From Bacteroidota bacterium (lineage in GTDB: Bacteria > Bacteroidota > Ignavibacteria > UBA10030 > UBA8401): a stretch of DNA of 45,719 nucleotides. The DNA is taken from NCBI GenBank assembly GCA_028873075.1, contig JAGWND010000002.1:1-45719 (forward strand), in the 5' to 3' direction. Below, piece after piece: positions 35,292-43,606 of this stretch (the first letter of the stretch is position 1; the number at the start of each line of letters is the position of its first letter). Both the position numbers and the translations under genes were made by a program. The notes beneath the pieces are model-generated. The model made no database searches, had not been told where the DNA came from, and saw only the letters and a program-made list of their open reading frames with translations.

Positions 35292-35361
35292 GGAATCTGC
35301 CATCGCGCGATTGCACCTCCAGAAATTTTTCTTTATGGGCATCTCTAAAAACAAAAATATA

Positions 35362-35438
35362 GTCGTGGTTCGGCGGAGTTTATCCCGCGAAGCGGGGCTC
35401 ACCACGACAGCCGCCCTGAGCGAAGTCGAAGGGCGGAA
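35362..35438. repeat. REP-like multi-hairpin element
   Basis: GTCGTGGT...ACCACGAC forms an 8-bp outer stem that encloses CCCGC-GAA-GCGGG. It is followed by CCGCCCT-gagcgaagtcga-AGGGCGG (7-bp stem). Confidence 0.5.
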
Positions 35439-35679
35439 CAACCTCTTTCTTCTCGATGTCAGTTAGTAGTGTAGCGAAGAATCCAGCCTTCTCTTAGGCT
35501 CTTTCTCTTGTGTCAAGACAAGAGAAAAAACAATAGCGGCTCATATTGGATGCTCACCAAAAACTACAGGCACAACGTTAAGCTTTCAATCGGTCTTCTA
35601 ACCCCTCTCATCGGCCTTCTTGGTTTTCGGGAAAAGCGTCTGAACATTCAGAGAATCCCCCATAATTCTCCAATTCCTC

Positions 35680-37626
35680 TTAAAGATGATGCCGCACGGT
35701 TCGCTCACGATTCTCGAGCGAGAGTGCAACATCAATAATGCCTAAGTGAGTGAACGCTTGCGGAAAATTTCCTAACGCTTCCCCCGTTTTCGGTTGTATC
35801 TCTTCCGCAAACAATCCCACATCGTTTCCGAACGAGAGAAAATGCCTGAACGTCTTTGTTGCCGCCTGTAATTTCTTTTCGCGCACCAGGTACTGCGCTT
35901 CCCACAAGCTGCACAATCCGAACGTTCCTTCGTTTCCTTTTAATCCGTCTCTCTGCGGCGGGTATCTTCTCAGCAATCCGTTTTGCAAAAGCGTCGCCCG
36001 AACGAAACGATACGTGTTCTGCATTCTGTGGTTTCCCGGCTTCGTAAACCCTACGTATCCTAACAGCAGCAGGGAAGCGTCGGCGTACGGTTCGCCATAA
36101 GCGCCGGTGTACGAACGAAGCTGTTCGTTGTATGCATGCTGCTCGATATCTTCCCGTATCGCTTCGCGCGCCTCTGCATATTTCTCCCGGTCTATTGCAA
36201 CCTGCCCCCGGTCATAAAGATGGATCAGCGTGTTCAGCGCCGACCAGCACATCGCTTTGGAATAGGTATGATGAAACCTTCCCGCACGTGTTTCCCAGAT
36301 TCCTTCGTCCGGTTCTTTCCATCGCTGCAATACGACTTCTCCGATCCCTTCCAGGAAGCGCGCTTCGTCATCGCTGATTCTTCCGCCGCGGTCGGTCAGT
36401 TCCTTTACCGCTAAAAGAATCTCTCCGTACACATCAAGCTGAAGCTGGTCCTTCGCCGCGTTCCCTATTCTCACAGGCGGGGAAGAGCGGTACCCCGCAA
36501 GATGTTCAAGCATTGTTTCCGCAAGATTGCTGTTGCCGAATACATCGTAAAGAATTCTCACATCCGGTTGTGTAGCGCGCGTCGCTTTAAGAATCCATGC
36601 AAGAAACGCTTCGCCTTCATCGTAATAACCGAGATCGAGCAGTGCCGCTACAGAAAGAGATGCATCGCGAAGCCAGCAGTACCGGTAATCCCAGTTCCTT
36701 CCCTCGCCGATTGCTTCAGGAAGCGAAGTCGTCGGCGCTGCAATGATTGCTCCCGTTGGTGCGTACACGAGAAGCTTCAGCACAAGCGCGCTTCGCATCA
36801 CTTCTTTCCGGTATGGTCCGCGGTACAGGCATCTGTTCGACCACCCTTCCCACCATGCAAGCGTCTGGTCCATCCGGTTGGTCGCTTTTTCTCCCAGCGG
36901 CGGAATTGCAGACGGCTTTCCTTCAAAAGAAGTGAAGCTGAATATTTTTTGTTCTCCCGCGCGAAGCTGAATTGTGCCGCTCGCAAATGCCTGGTCGGGA
37001 CTCAAAGAAAGCGATGCATCGGTGTTGAGGCAAAGAACCTGTCCTTGAGATTGGCAAGTGAGCCCCAGCGTTTCATCGTCCTTCATTGAAGGAACATCGG
37101 CGCCGTATGCGGGGCGCGGTTTGAACAGAACATCGAGCGAGACCGTGCCGCCGACACATTCTGCGATTCTCAATATTTCATGTTGAAGAGGAAGTTGAGA
37201 TTGTGAAAGAATTGCCGACTCGCTGAATTTTCTTTTTTTCTCCTGCGCGGCGGGAAGAGTCATCAGGTCGGTCAGCTTCAGCGTTCCGTCTGCAGTATGG
37301 AAGAGCGTTATCAGCACGTTTGTTTCGCCGCGGTACCTTCGCTCGATGCGGAGAATCTTCTGCGGCGTGATGCTGAACGTTCCTCCGCGCCGGGAATCGA
37401 GCAAGGCACAGAAGACCGCCGGGCTGTCGAACCGGGGCCAGCACAGCCAGTCAATTGAACCGAAGCGTGAAACGAGCGCCGCGCTTCTGCAATTTCCGAT
37501 AAGTGCGTACGAACCGATCGGCTCGTATCCCGACGGATGAGGGTGGAGGAAGCGGTCTTTTTTTTCTGCCGTGTCAGCGGTATGAAGTTGTTCTTGTCTC
37601 ATCTTCTTTTTGAATGTAATGTTCAA
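35680..37626 (-). CDS. GH15 family glycoside hydrolase (glucoamylase/trehalase-type)
   Basis: N-terminal signature YALIGNCRSAALVSRFGSIDWLCWPRFDSPAVFCALLD. Catalytic-domain motifs NWDYRYCWLRDAS and ...FAEEI...G..LGNFPQAFTHL. The track start is TTG 37626; ATG 37602 is an alternative. Confidence 0.85.
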   Translation of the reverse strand: MNITFKKKMRQEQLHTADTAEKKDRFLHPHPSGYEPIGSYALIGNCRSAALVSRFGSIDWLCWPRFDSPAVFCALLDSRRGGTFSITPQKILRIERRYRGETNVLITLFHTADGTLKLTDLMTLPAAQEKKRKFSESAILSQSQLPLQHEILRIAECVGGTVSLDVLFKPRPAYGADVPSMKDDETLGLTCQSQGQVLCLNTDASLSLSPDQAFASGTIQLRAGEQKIFSFTSFEGKPSAIPPLGEKATNRMDQTLAWWEGWSNRCLYRGPYRKEVMRSALVLKLLVYAPTGAIIAAPTTSLPEAIGEGRNWDYRYCWLRDASLSVAALLDLGYYDEGEAFLAWILKATRATQPDVRILYDVFGNSNLAETMLEHLAGYRSSPPVRIGNAAKDQLQLDVYGEILLAVKELTDRGGRISDDEARFLEGIGEVVLQRWKEPDEGIWETRAGRFHHTYSKAMCWSALNTLIHLYDRGQVAIDREKYAEAREAIREDIEQHAYNEQLRSYTGAYGEPYADASLLLLGYVGFTKPGNHRMQNTYRFVRATLLQNGLLRRYPPQRDGLKGNEGTFGLCSLWEAQYLVREKKLQAATKTFRHFLSFGNDVGLFAEEIQPKTGEALGNFPQAFTHLGIIDVALSLENRERTVRHHL

Positions 37627-37671
37627 CGAAACGATGTCTGACGGAGTTTCCAGCGGTCAGGCATCTGCGTT

Positions 37672-37690
37672 TGACATTTGCTAAATGTCA
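37672..37690. promoter_or_regulatory. Perfect 19-bp palindrome upstream of the GH15 gene (candidate operator)
   Basis: TGACATTT-GCT-AAATGTCA has 8-bp perfect arms. It sits within a 90-nt region carrying four GTCAGRC words (37634-37642 inverted, 37657-37663, 37687-37693, 37707-37713). Confidence 0.4.
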
Positions 37691-37760
37691 GGCGGTAAAA
37701 AGCACTGTCAGACATTGTTTCTCAATTTTTCCATCTTTCATTTTCCTCTTTCCATTTTTT

Positions 37761-38561
37761 TTACCCTCCCGTTCTGAATCCCGGATAAAGAAGCATTCCT
37801 CCATCCACAAAAATTGTTGTGCCGTTGATGTAATCGGATTCATCGGACGCAAGCCACACGGCAGCGGAAGCAATGTCTTTCGGCTCTCCGATCCTGCCGG
37901 AGGGAATGAGGCGGCGCAGCGCATCTGCCGCTTCGGGAGTTTCCCACGCCTTTCTATTGATCGGCGTTTTGATCGCGCCGGGTCCGATGCTGTTGATGCG
38001 GATCTTTTCGGAAGCAAGTTCCTGCGCGATTGTTTTCATCAGCATCGCCAGTCCGCCTTTCGAAGTGGCGTAGTTTGCGTGTCCCGCCCACGGAATCACT
38101 TCGTGAACCGAGCTCGTGAAAATTATTTTTCCCGCTGCCAAAGATCGTTCTTTCACCACGCCGCGGCGGAGAAATTCTTTTACCGCTTCACGCGCGCAAA
38201 GAAACGCACCGGTAAGATTGACGTTCAGGACTGCGTTCCATTGCGCGAGCGTCATGTTGGCAAACGGAGAATCTTTTTGAATACCCGCGTTGCTCGCAAG
38301 AATATCAACTGTTCCGAACGCGCCGATCAGTTTCCGGAACATTGCAAGCACTTCATCTTCGCGGCTGACATCGGCTTTCAGCGGAATTGCTCTGCCTCCT
38401 GAAGATTCAATGTCGTGTACCATTTGTTCAACGACATCATCTCCTGCAATATAATTGATGCCGACATTTGCGCCGGCAGCCGCCATTGCCAGCGCAATGG
38501 CTTTTCCGATTCCTGAGCTTGCTCCCGTTACGAGCGCAGTTTGTCCTGTAAGTGAAGCCAT
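37761..38561 (-). CDS. Glucose 1-dehydrogenase (SDR family)
   Basis: TGASSGIGKA cofactor motif, SSVHEVIPW...YATSKGG catalytic region, GPGAIKTPIN, and a C-terminal YPGFRTGG. Together these closely parallel Bacillus-type glucose 1-dehydrogenase. ATG 38561 (MASLTGQ...) has an AAGGA SD 6 nt upstream. The track ORF extends to 38642. Confidence 0.8.
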   Translation of the reverse strand: MASLTGQTALVTGASSGIGKAIALAMAAAGANVGINYIAGDDVVEQMVHDIESSGGRAIPLKADVSREDEVLAMFRKLIGAFGTVDILASNAGIQKDSPFANMTLAQWNAVLNVNLTGAFLCAREAVKEFLRRGVVKERSLAAGKIIFTSSVHEVIPWAGHANYATSKGGLAMLMKTIAQELASEKIRINSIGPGAIKTPINRKAWETPEAADALRRLIPSGRIGEPKDIASAAVWLASDESDYINGTTIFVDGGMLLYPGFRTGG

Positions 38562-38755
38562 AAGCATTCCTTGGGATGTTCGTGAAGAGAACGATGAGCG
38601 AGTGAAAACCGTTGATTGAGCGGATCGGGTTCCATTACACAAAAAAACAATGGGGGAAAGCGAAAAGTTCGAGGAATGAGACAGAGGGCGGATTTTCCCT
38701 TATCCCTGCTGTTAATGCAAGTTTTGAAGCTTATTAACTTACCGGAGAATTAAGA

Positions 38756-41239
38756 TTAAATTACAGGCGAAGCCGTTATCGTCATGGGCTTCACGTTCCA
38801 TATTTTTTCTGCATACTCGCGGATGGAACGGTCGGAGGAAAACATGCCGATGCGTGCAACATTGAGAATGGACATTGTTGTCCATTGCTCCCGGTCGCGG
38901 TACAGTGCGTTCACTTTCCCCTGGCATTCAAGATACGGCCGGTAATCTGCCGTCAACATATATTCATCGTTGGATAACAGAGAATCAACAAGCGGCTTGA
39001 AAAGGCTGCGGTCGCCTTTGGAAAAGTATCCGTCCGAAATAAGTGCAATCGCTTCCCGAAGCTCTGCGTCCGCTTCAACATATTTCCGCGGATCGTAGCC
39101 GTTCGTTCTGAGTGCCGCAACCTCATCCGCGGTCAACCCGAAAAGGAAGAAGTTCTCCGCGCCGACCGCGTCGCGTATTTCAATGTTCGCGCCGTCAAGC
39201 GTTCCGATGGTCAGCGCGCCGTTCATGGAGAATTTCATGTTTCCTGTGCCGGATGCTTCTTTTCCTGCGGTAGAAATCTGTTCCGAAAGATCTGCAGCAG
39301 GATACATTGCGTGAGCGTTCTTCACATTGAAATCAGGAAGAAAGACAACCTTCAGCCGCCCTGCAACATCTTTGTCGTTGTTGATGACCTCAGCCGCAGC
39401 GTTGAGCAGCTTGATGATCAGCTTCGCCATGAAATATCCGGGAGCCGCTTTGCCGGACAAGATCACCGTCCGCGGCACAACATTTTCATTTGGATTTTTC
39501 CTGATGCGGTTGTATTGCGTGATAACATGGAGAGCATTGAGATGCTGTCGCTTGTACTCGTGCAGGCGCTTCGCCTGAATGTCGAACAGCGATCCAGGAT
39601 CAACCGTAATGCCCGTGCGCTGTTTGATGATTGCTGCAAGTCTCTTTTTGTTCTCATGCTTGATTGCCTGCCATTCGTTTCGAAAATCTCTGTCCTGAAC
39701 AAAAGCTTCAAGTTTCTCTAAATTTTCTTCGGCGTTCCGAATCCATTCCTCGCCGATTCTTGAGGTGATAAGCTGCGCCAGTTTCGGATTGCTCAGCACG
39801 AGCCATCGCCGCGGCGTTACGCCGTTGGTGATGTTGAGGAATTTCTCCGGCGAAAGTTCGTAGAAGTCTCGCAGAACATCGCGCTGCAGCAGTTCGGTGT
39901 GCAATGCCGCAACACCATTGATTGCGTGGCTTCCCACGCACGCAAGGTTTGCCATGCGGACAAATTTTTCGCCGCTCTCATCAATGAATGAAAGCCGCGC
40001 CGCGCGTCCGTCATCATCCGGGAATTTCGTTCTCACCTCGTCGAGAAATCTCCGGTTGATTTCAAAAATGATTTCAAGATGCCGCGGGAGAAGTCGTGCG
40101 AAAAGAGGGAGCGGCCATTTCTCAAGCGCTTCGGGAAGCAGCGTATGATTCGTGTACGAGAATGTATTGCGCGTAACATTCCATGCGGAATCCCAATCCA
40201 TGCCGTGCACATCCACCAACAGCCGCATCATCTCCGCGACGGCAATGGAAGGATGCGTGTCGTTCAATTGGATAGCGTTGCACGTGTGAAAATCTTTGAG
40301 CGCATTTCCTCGGCTAAGATGAACGCGGATCAAATCCTGCAGGGAGCAGGAGGCAAAGAAATACTGCTGCTGCAGCCGAAGCTGCTTGCCGCTGCTCGTT
40401 TCATCATTCGGGTAGAGGACCTTCGTAATGTTTTCCGACGACACTTTATCTTCGACAGCGCCGTAATAATCGCCGGCATTGAATGCACGGAAGTCGAATG
40501 ACTCTGCCGCTTCCGCTTTCCACAGACGCAGAAGATTCACAACATTGACGTTGTACCCCGGCACCGCGATATCGCACGCAACGCCGCGCACCGCAGAGTG
40601 CGGAATCCATCTAACGCGGAAGCGTCCGTCGTTGTCAACCACATGCTCTGTATGTCCGCCGAAGTTCACTGTGAAATTGATTTCCGGGCGCGGCACTTCC
40701 CACGGATTTCCGAAACGCAGCCACTTATCGGTCGTTTCCACCTGCCAGCCGTCGCGAATTTCCTGATCGAAGATTCCGAACTCGTACCGGATTCCGTAAC
40801 CGACGCCGAGGATTTTCAGCGATGCAAGCGAATCGAGAAAGCAGGCGGCAAGACGTCCGAGTCCCCCGTTGCCGAGTCCCGGCTCTTCTTCCTGCTCAAG
40901 AAGTTCGTCGAGATTTTGTCCGAGGCGGGAGACAGCGCATTTAACAGCGTCATACATTCCAAGATTGATCAGGTTGCTGCCAAGCTGCGGGCCGATAAGA
41001 AATTCTGCAGAGAGATAGCTGACTGATTTTTCTTTGTTCTCCATGTAGGCTTCGATGGTTTGCATCCATTTATGGAGAATTCTGTCGCGGACAGTGTAGG
41101 CGACTGCCATATACCAGTCATTGCGCGTTGCCGTTCTCGGCACTCTGCCTTGAATACAATTAAGATTATCCATGATGGAATGTTCGATGGCTTCGGTATC
41201 CATCGCAACGCGGATGTCGTCATGAGCGGGTCGTTTCAT
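38756..41239 (-). CDS. glgP: Glycogen/alpha-glucan phosphorylase (GT35)
   Basis: 827 aa. GNGGLGRLAACFLDS motif and pyridoxal-phosphate lysine motif EASGTGNMKFSMNGALTIGTLDGANIEI. Confidence 0.95.
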   Translation of the reverse strand: MKRPAHDDIRVAMDTEAIEHSIMDNLNCIQGRVPRTATRNDWYMAVAYTVRDRILHKWMQTIEAYMENKEKSVSYLSAEFLIGPQLGSNLINLGMYDAVKCAVSRLGQNLDELLEQEEEPGLGNGGLGRLAACFLDSLASLKILGVGYGIRYEFGIFDQEIRDGWQVETTDKWLRFGNPWEVPRPEINFTVNFGGHTEHVVDNDGRFRVRWIPHSAVRGVACDIAVPGYNVNVVNLLRLWKAEAAESFDFRAFNAGDYYGAVEDKVSSENITKVLYPNDETSSGKQLRLQQQYFFASCSLQDLIRVHLSRGNALKDFHTCNAIQLNDTHPSIAVAEMMRLLVDVHGMDWDSAWNVTRNTFSYTNHTLLPEALEKWPLPLFARLLPRHLEIIFEINRRFLDEVRTKFPDDDGRAARLSFIDESGEKFVRMANLACVGSHAINGVAALHTELLQRDVLRDFYELSPEKFLNITNGVTPRRWLVLSNPKLAQLITSRIGEEWIRNAEENLEKLEAFVQDRDFRNEWQAIKHENKKRLAAIIKQRTGITVDPGSLFDIQAKRLHEYKRQHLNALHVITQYNRIRKNPNENVVPRTVILSGKAAPGYFMAKLIIKLLNAAAEVINNDKDVAGRLKVVFLPDFNVKNAHAMYPAADLSEQISTAGKEASGTGNMKFSMNGALTIGTLDGANIEIRDAVGAENFFLFGLTADEVAALRTNGYDPRKYVEADAELREAIALISDGYFSKGDRSLFKPLVDSLLSNDEYMLTADYRPYLECQGKVNALYRDREQWTTMSILNVARIGMFSSDRSIREYAEKIWNVKPMTITASPVI

Positions 41240-41464
41240 ATCATTGCTCCGGAGGGTTTATTATAGTCGAGCGTGCAAATTTAGAGGGAAGAGATGAAAA
41301 TAATGCACCGAACGCGGACGAACGCTTGCAAGAGAGTAAGAAATAGGAAGTTGAATGTCAAGTATGCTTGTTTTTTGACTTCCTTGCCTTCATATTCGAA
41401 CTTTCGTATATTTTTTCTGTCTCTTGCGAATCCCCAACGGGATTTCGTTATTCGCGCTTTACCC

Positions 41465-41538
<74 letters not shown>

Positions 41539-41651
41539 CAAACACTCTGTTAGATTTTACCCGTGAAGGGGAGCCTTCCATCCGGCATTGCTGAGTCGGC
41601 TATCTTGCCGGGGGGAGGAATATTATTTTTTTCCCGCGTGAAATTTTTCCC

Positions 41652-41680
41652 TTGACAAAATGATTTTGTGTTATTAAATT
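41652..41680 (+). promoter_or_regulatory. Sigma70-like promoter of the dehydrogenase-GntR-isomerase operon
   Basis: TTGACA (41652-41657), a 17-nt spacer, then TAAATT (41675-41680). Confidence 0.45.
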
Positions 41681-41682
41681 CG

Positions 41683-41712
41683 TGTACAGAATTGTATACA
41701 ATACAGTATACA
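41683..41712 (+). promoter_or_regulatory. Candidate GntR-family operator array
   Basis: Three boxes lie 10-12 nt apart just downstream of the -10: TGTACA (41683-88), the perfect palindrome ATTGTATACAAT (41691-41702) and AGTATACA (41705-12). All fit the GT-N-AC core that is typical of GntR/FadR operators. Confidence 0.5.
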
Positions 41713-41813
41713 GTTTTGTGATGTAACTTACGTGGCGAAGCTGTGTTCAGCCCGTAGGGCGGCACCAGAGAACAGGGGCCCAACGTTGATCAATTCTTCC
41801 GTGAACATAATCG

Positions 41814-42812
41814 TTGTCTTCACATCGAAAGGATAAAAATTTGGATATCTTAATATCCGAGGATATACGCGGCAAATCCATTGACTCGCTTCGCGAGCAC
41901 TATGACGTCGGAGTATTTACAGACCTTTGGAAACAACCGGCTGAGCTTTCCAGGTTAGTGGGCAACGGGGTCAAGGCTTTGATTGTGAGAAACCAGACGA
42001 AGGTCAACAGCAGCATTCTTGACAACGCTGCGTCGCTGAAAGTCATCGGGAGAGCGGGAGTCGGTTACGATAATATTGATGTGGAAAGCGCAAATCGTAA
42101 AGGCATTGTGGTGTGCTATACACCGGACGGCAATACTGTTTCAACCGCAGAGTTGACCCTCTCACTTATGCTCGCGCTGCTTAGAAAAATTCCTAATGCT
42201 GATATTGCAACAAAATCAGGCAAATGGGAGCGGTTCAAATTCCTCGGCAATGAGCTGTCGGGAAAAACCGTCGGCATTTTGGGCTTGGGAAAGATCGGCA
42301 AGGCGGTGGCATCACGGCTGCACGCGTTCGGTGTACAGTTGTACGCGTACGACAAATTCGTTCAGCCGGGTGAAGAAATAGTTGCGAAGCTCGGTATCGA
42401 GCTTGCCTCGCTTGAAAAAACGCTGACGAATTCGGATATTATCTCCGTGCATCTTCCGCTGACAAAAGAAACACGGCATCTGCTCAACGACAATACTTTC
42501 AAACTCATGAAACCCGGAAGCCTGCTCATCAATACAGCGCGCGGTGAAATAGTCGAAGAAAGCAGCGTTGTCAAAGCGCTGCAGGAAAACATTCTGAAGG
42601 GAGCCGCGCTCGATGTGCGGGTACAGGAGCCTCCTGTCGTGTCGGAGCTTGAGAAGTTTGAAAATGTCATTCTAACCCCTCACGTCGGCGCGTTAACGGA
42701 AGAAGCGCAGGAAAAAGTAGTTTCTACGCTTGTGCGGGATGTGGAGTTCGTTCTCAGCGGAAGACCCGCTTTGAATTATGTCAACTTCCCGAGTTACCGG
42801 GTTCCCGGGTAA
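41814..42812 (+). CDS. D-isomer-specific 2-hydroxyacid dehydrogenase (phosphoglycerate dehydrogenase-like, no ACT domain)
   Basis: GRAGVGYDNIDVESANRKGIVV, GKTVGILGLGKIGKAV NAD motif, LINTARGEIVEE, and PHVGALTEEAQ. TTG 41841 follows AAAGGA and may be the true start. Confidence 0.8.
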   Translation: MSSHRKDKNLDILISEDIRGKSIDSLREHYDVGVFTDLWKQPAELSRLVGNGVKALIVRNQTKVNSSILDNAASLKVIGRAGVGYDNIDVESANRKGIVVCYTPDGNTVSTAELTLSLMLALLRKIPNADIATKSGKWERFKFLGNELSGKTVGILGLGKIGKAVASRLHAFGVQLYAYDKFVQPGEEIVAKLGIELASLEKTLTNSDIISVHLPLTKETRHLLNDNTFKLMKPGSLLINTARGEIVEESSVVKALQENILKGAALDVRVQEPPVVSELEKFENVILTPHVGALTEEAQEKVVSTLVRDVEFVLSGRPALNYVNFPSYRVPG

Positions 42813-42823
42813 CGTGAATTTCT

Positions 42824-43528
42824 ATGGTTAGCCACCGGACAAAAGAGAAGACGATCTCGAAGAAAGAAAAGGTCTATCAGGAACTTAAGCTTGAGATTAT
42901 TTCCCAACGCTTGAAAGGCGGCCAGCCGATTACTGAAGACGAGGTTGTCAGGAAATACTTCATCAGCCGGACACCTGTGAGGGAGATCTTCAGAAAATTA
43001 GAAATGGAGGGACTGCTTCAGAATATCCCGTACAAAGGGGCGTACGTTACCAATATCACGGCGAAGGATATTGAAGACATTCTCGATATTCGTTTTGCGT
43101 TGGAAAGTTTCGCTGCAAAATTAGCGGCTGCGAGAGCGACCGACGCCGACATCAAAAAGTTTGAAGAGATGGAAACGCAGTTTGTGAAAGCGATGAAGAC
43201 GCGCAATTCGGGGCTTTCTTTCGAAACGGATACCAAGCTTCACGATCTCATCTTGCGCATCGCGGGCAATAAAAGAATCCATTCGATCATTACCAATCTT
43301 CTGACGCAAATCCACCGGATTCGATATATCTCCGGCCATGTGGAAGGCAGAATGGACACGACGACGAAAGAGCACCTTGAAATTATCAAAGCGATTAAAA
43401 AACGAGACGCTATCCTTGCGGAGGAAAAAATGCAGATGCATATCAGCAACACGAAAGAATTGTTGCTGAAGCCTTCGAAGTCCGAAGAAGAATTTTTATC
43501 GTTACTCTCCTCCAGCAACAATACGTGA
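42824..43528 (+). CDS. GntR family transcriptional regulator (FadR/FCD subfamily)
   Basis: Winged-HTH motif (ITEDEVVRKYFISRTPVREIFRKLEMEGLLQNIPYKGAYV) followed by an all-helical FCD-like C-terminal domain. Confidence 0.9.
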   Translation: MVSHRTKEKTISKKEKVYQELKLEIISQRLKGGQPITEDEVVRKYFISRTPVREIFRKLEMEGLLQNIPYKGAYVTNITAKDIEDILDIRFALESFAAKLAAARATDADIKKFEEMETQFVKAMKTRNSGLSFETDTKLHDLILRIAGNKRIHSIITNLLTQIHRIRYISGHVEGRMDTTTKEHLEIIKAIKKRDAILAEEKMQMHISNTKELLLKPSKSEEEFLSLLSSSNNT

Positions 43529-43606
43529 GCGGACGGTTTCGCTGTTGACGACATTTCGAACGTAGGATATTAACCCATAGCAGGAAATTTATATTCGGAG
43601 AACGCA

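Noticed and set aside
35502-35527. Perfect 10-bp stem TTTCTCTTGT-gtcaag-ACAAGAGAAA, considered as a possible terminator downstream of GH15.
   Set aside because: No U-tract follows the stem on either strand, because the T/A runs are consumed in the stem itself. It also lies about 150 nt from the GH15 stop.
37671-38402. 243-aa + strand ORF, plus the 36502..37089 and 34415..35056 + strand ORFs.
   Set aside because: They are antisense to well-supported genes (glucose dehydrogenase, GH15, nupC). They have Arg/Ser/Cys-rich composition and no recognisable motifs.
41550-41783. 77-aa - strand ORF between tRNA-Arg and the dehydrogenase gene.
   Set aside because: It covers the predicted promoter/operator region of the + strand operon. 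It has no SD and an unremarkable composition.
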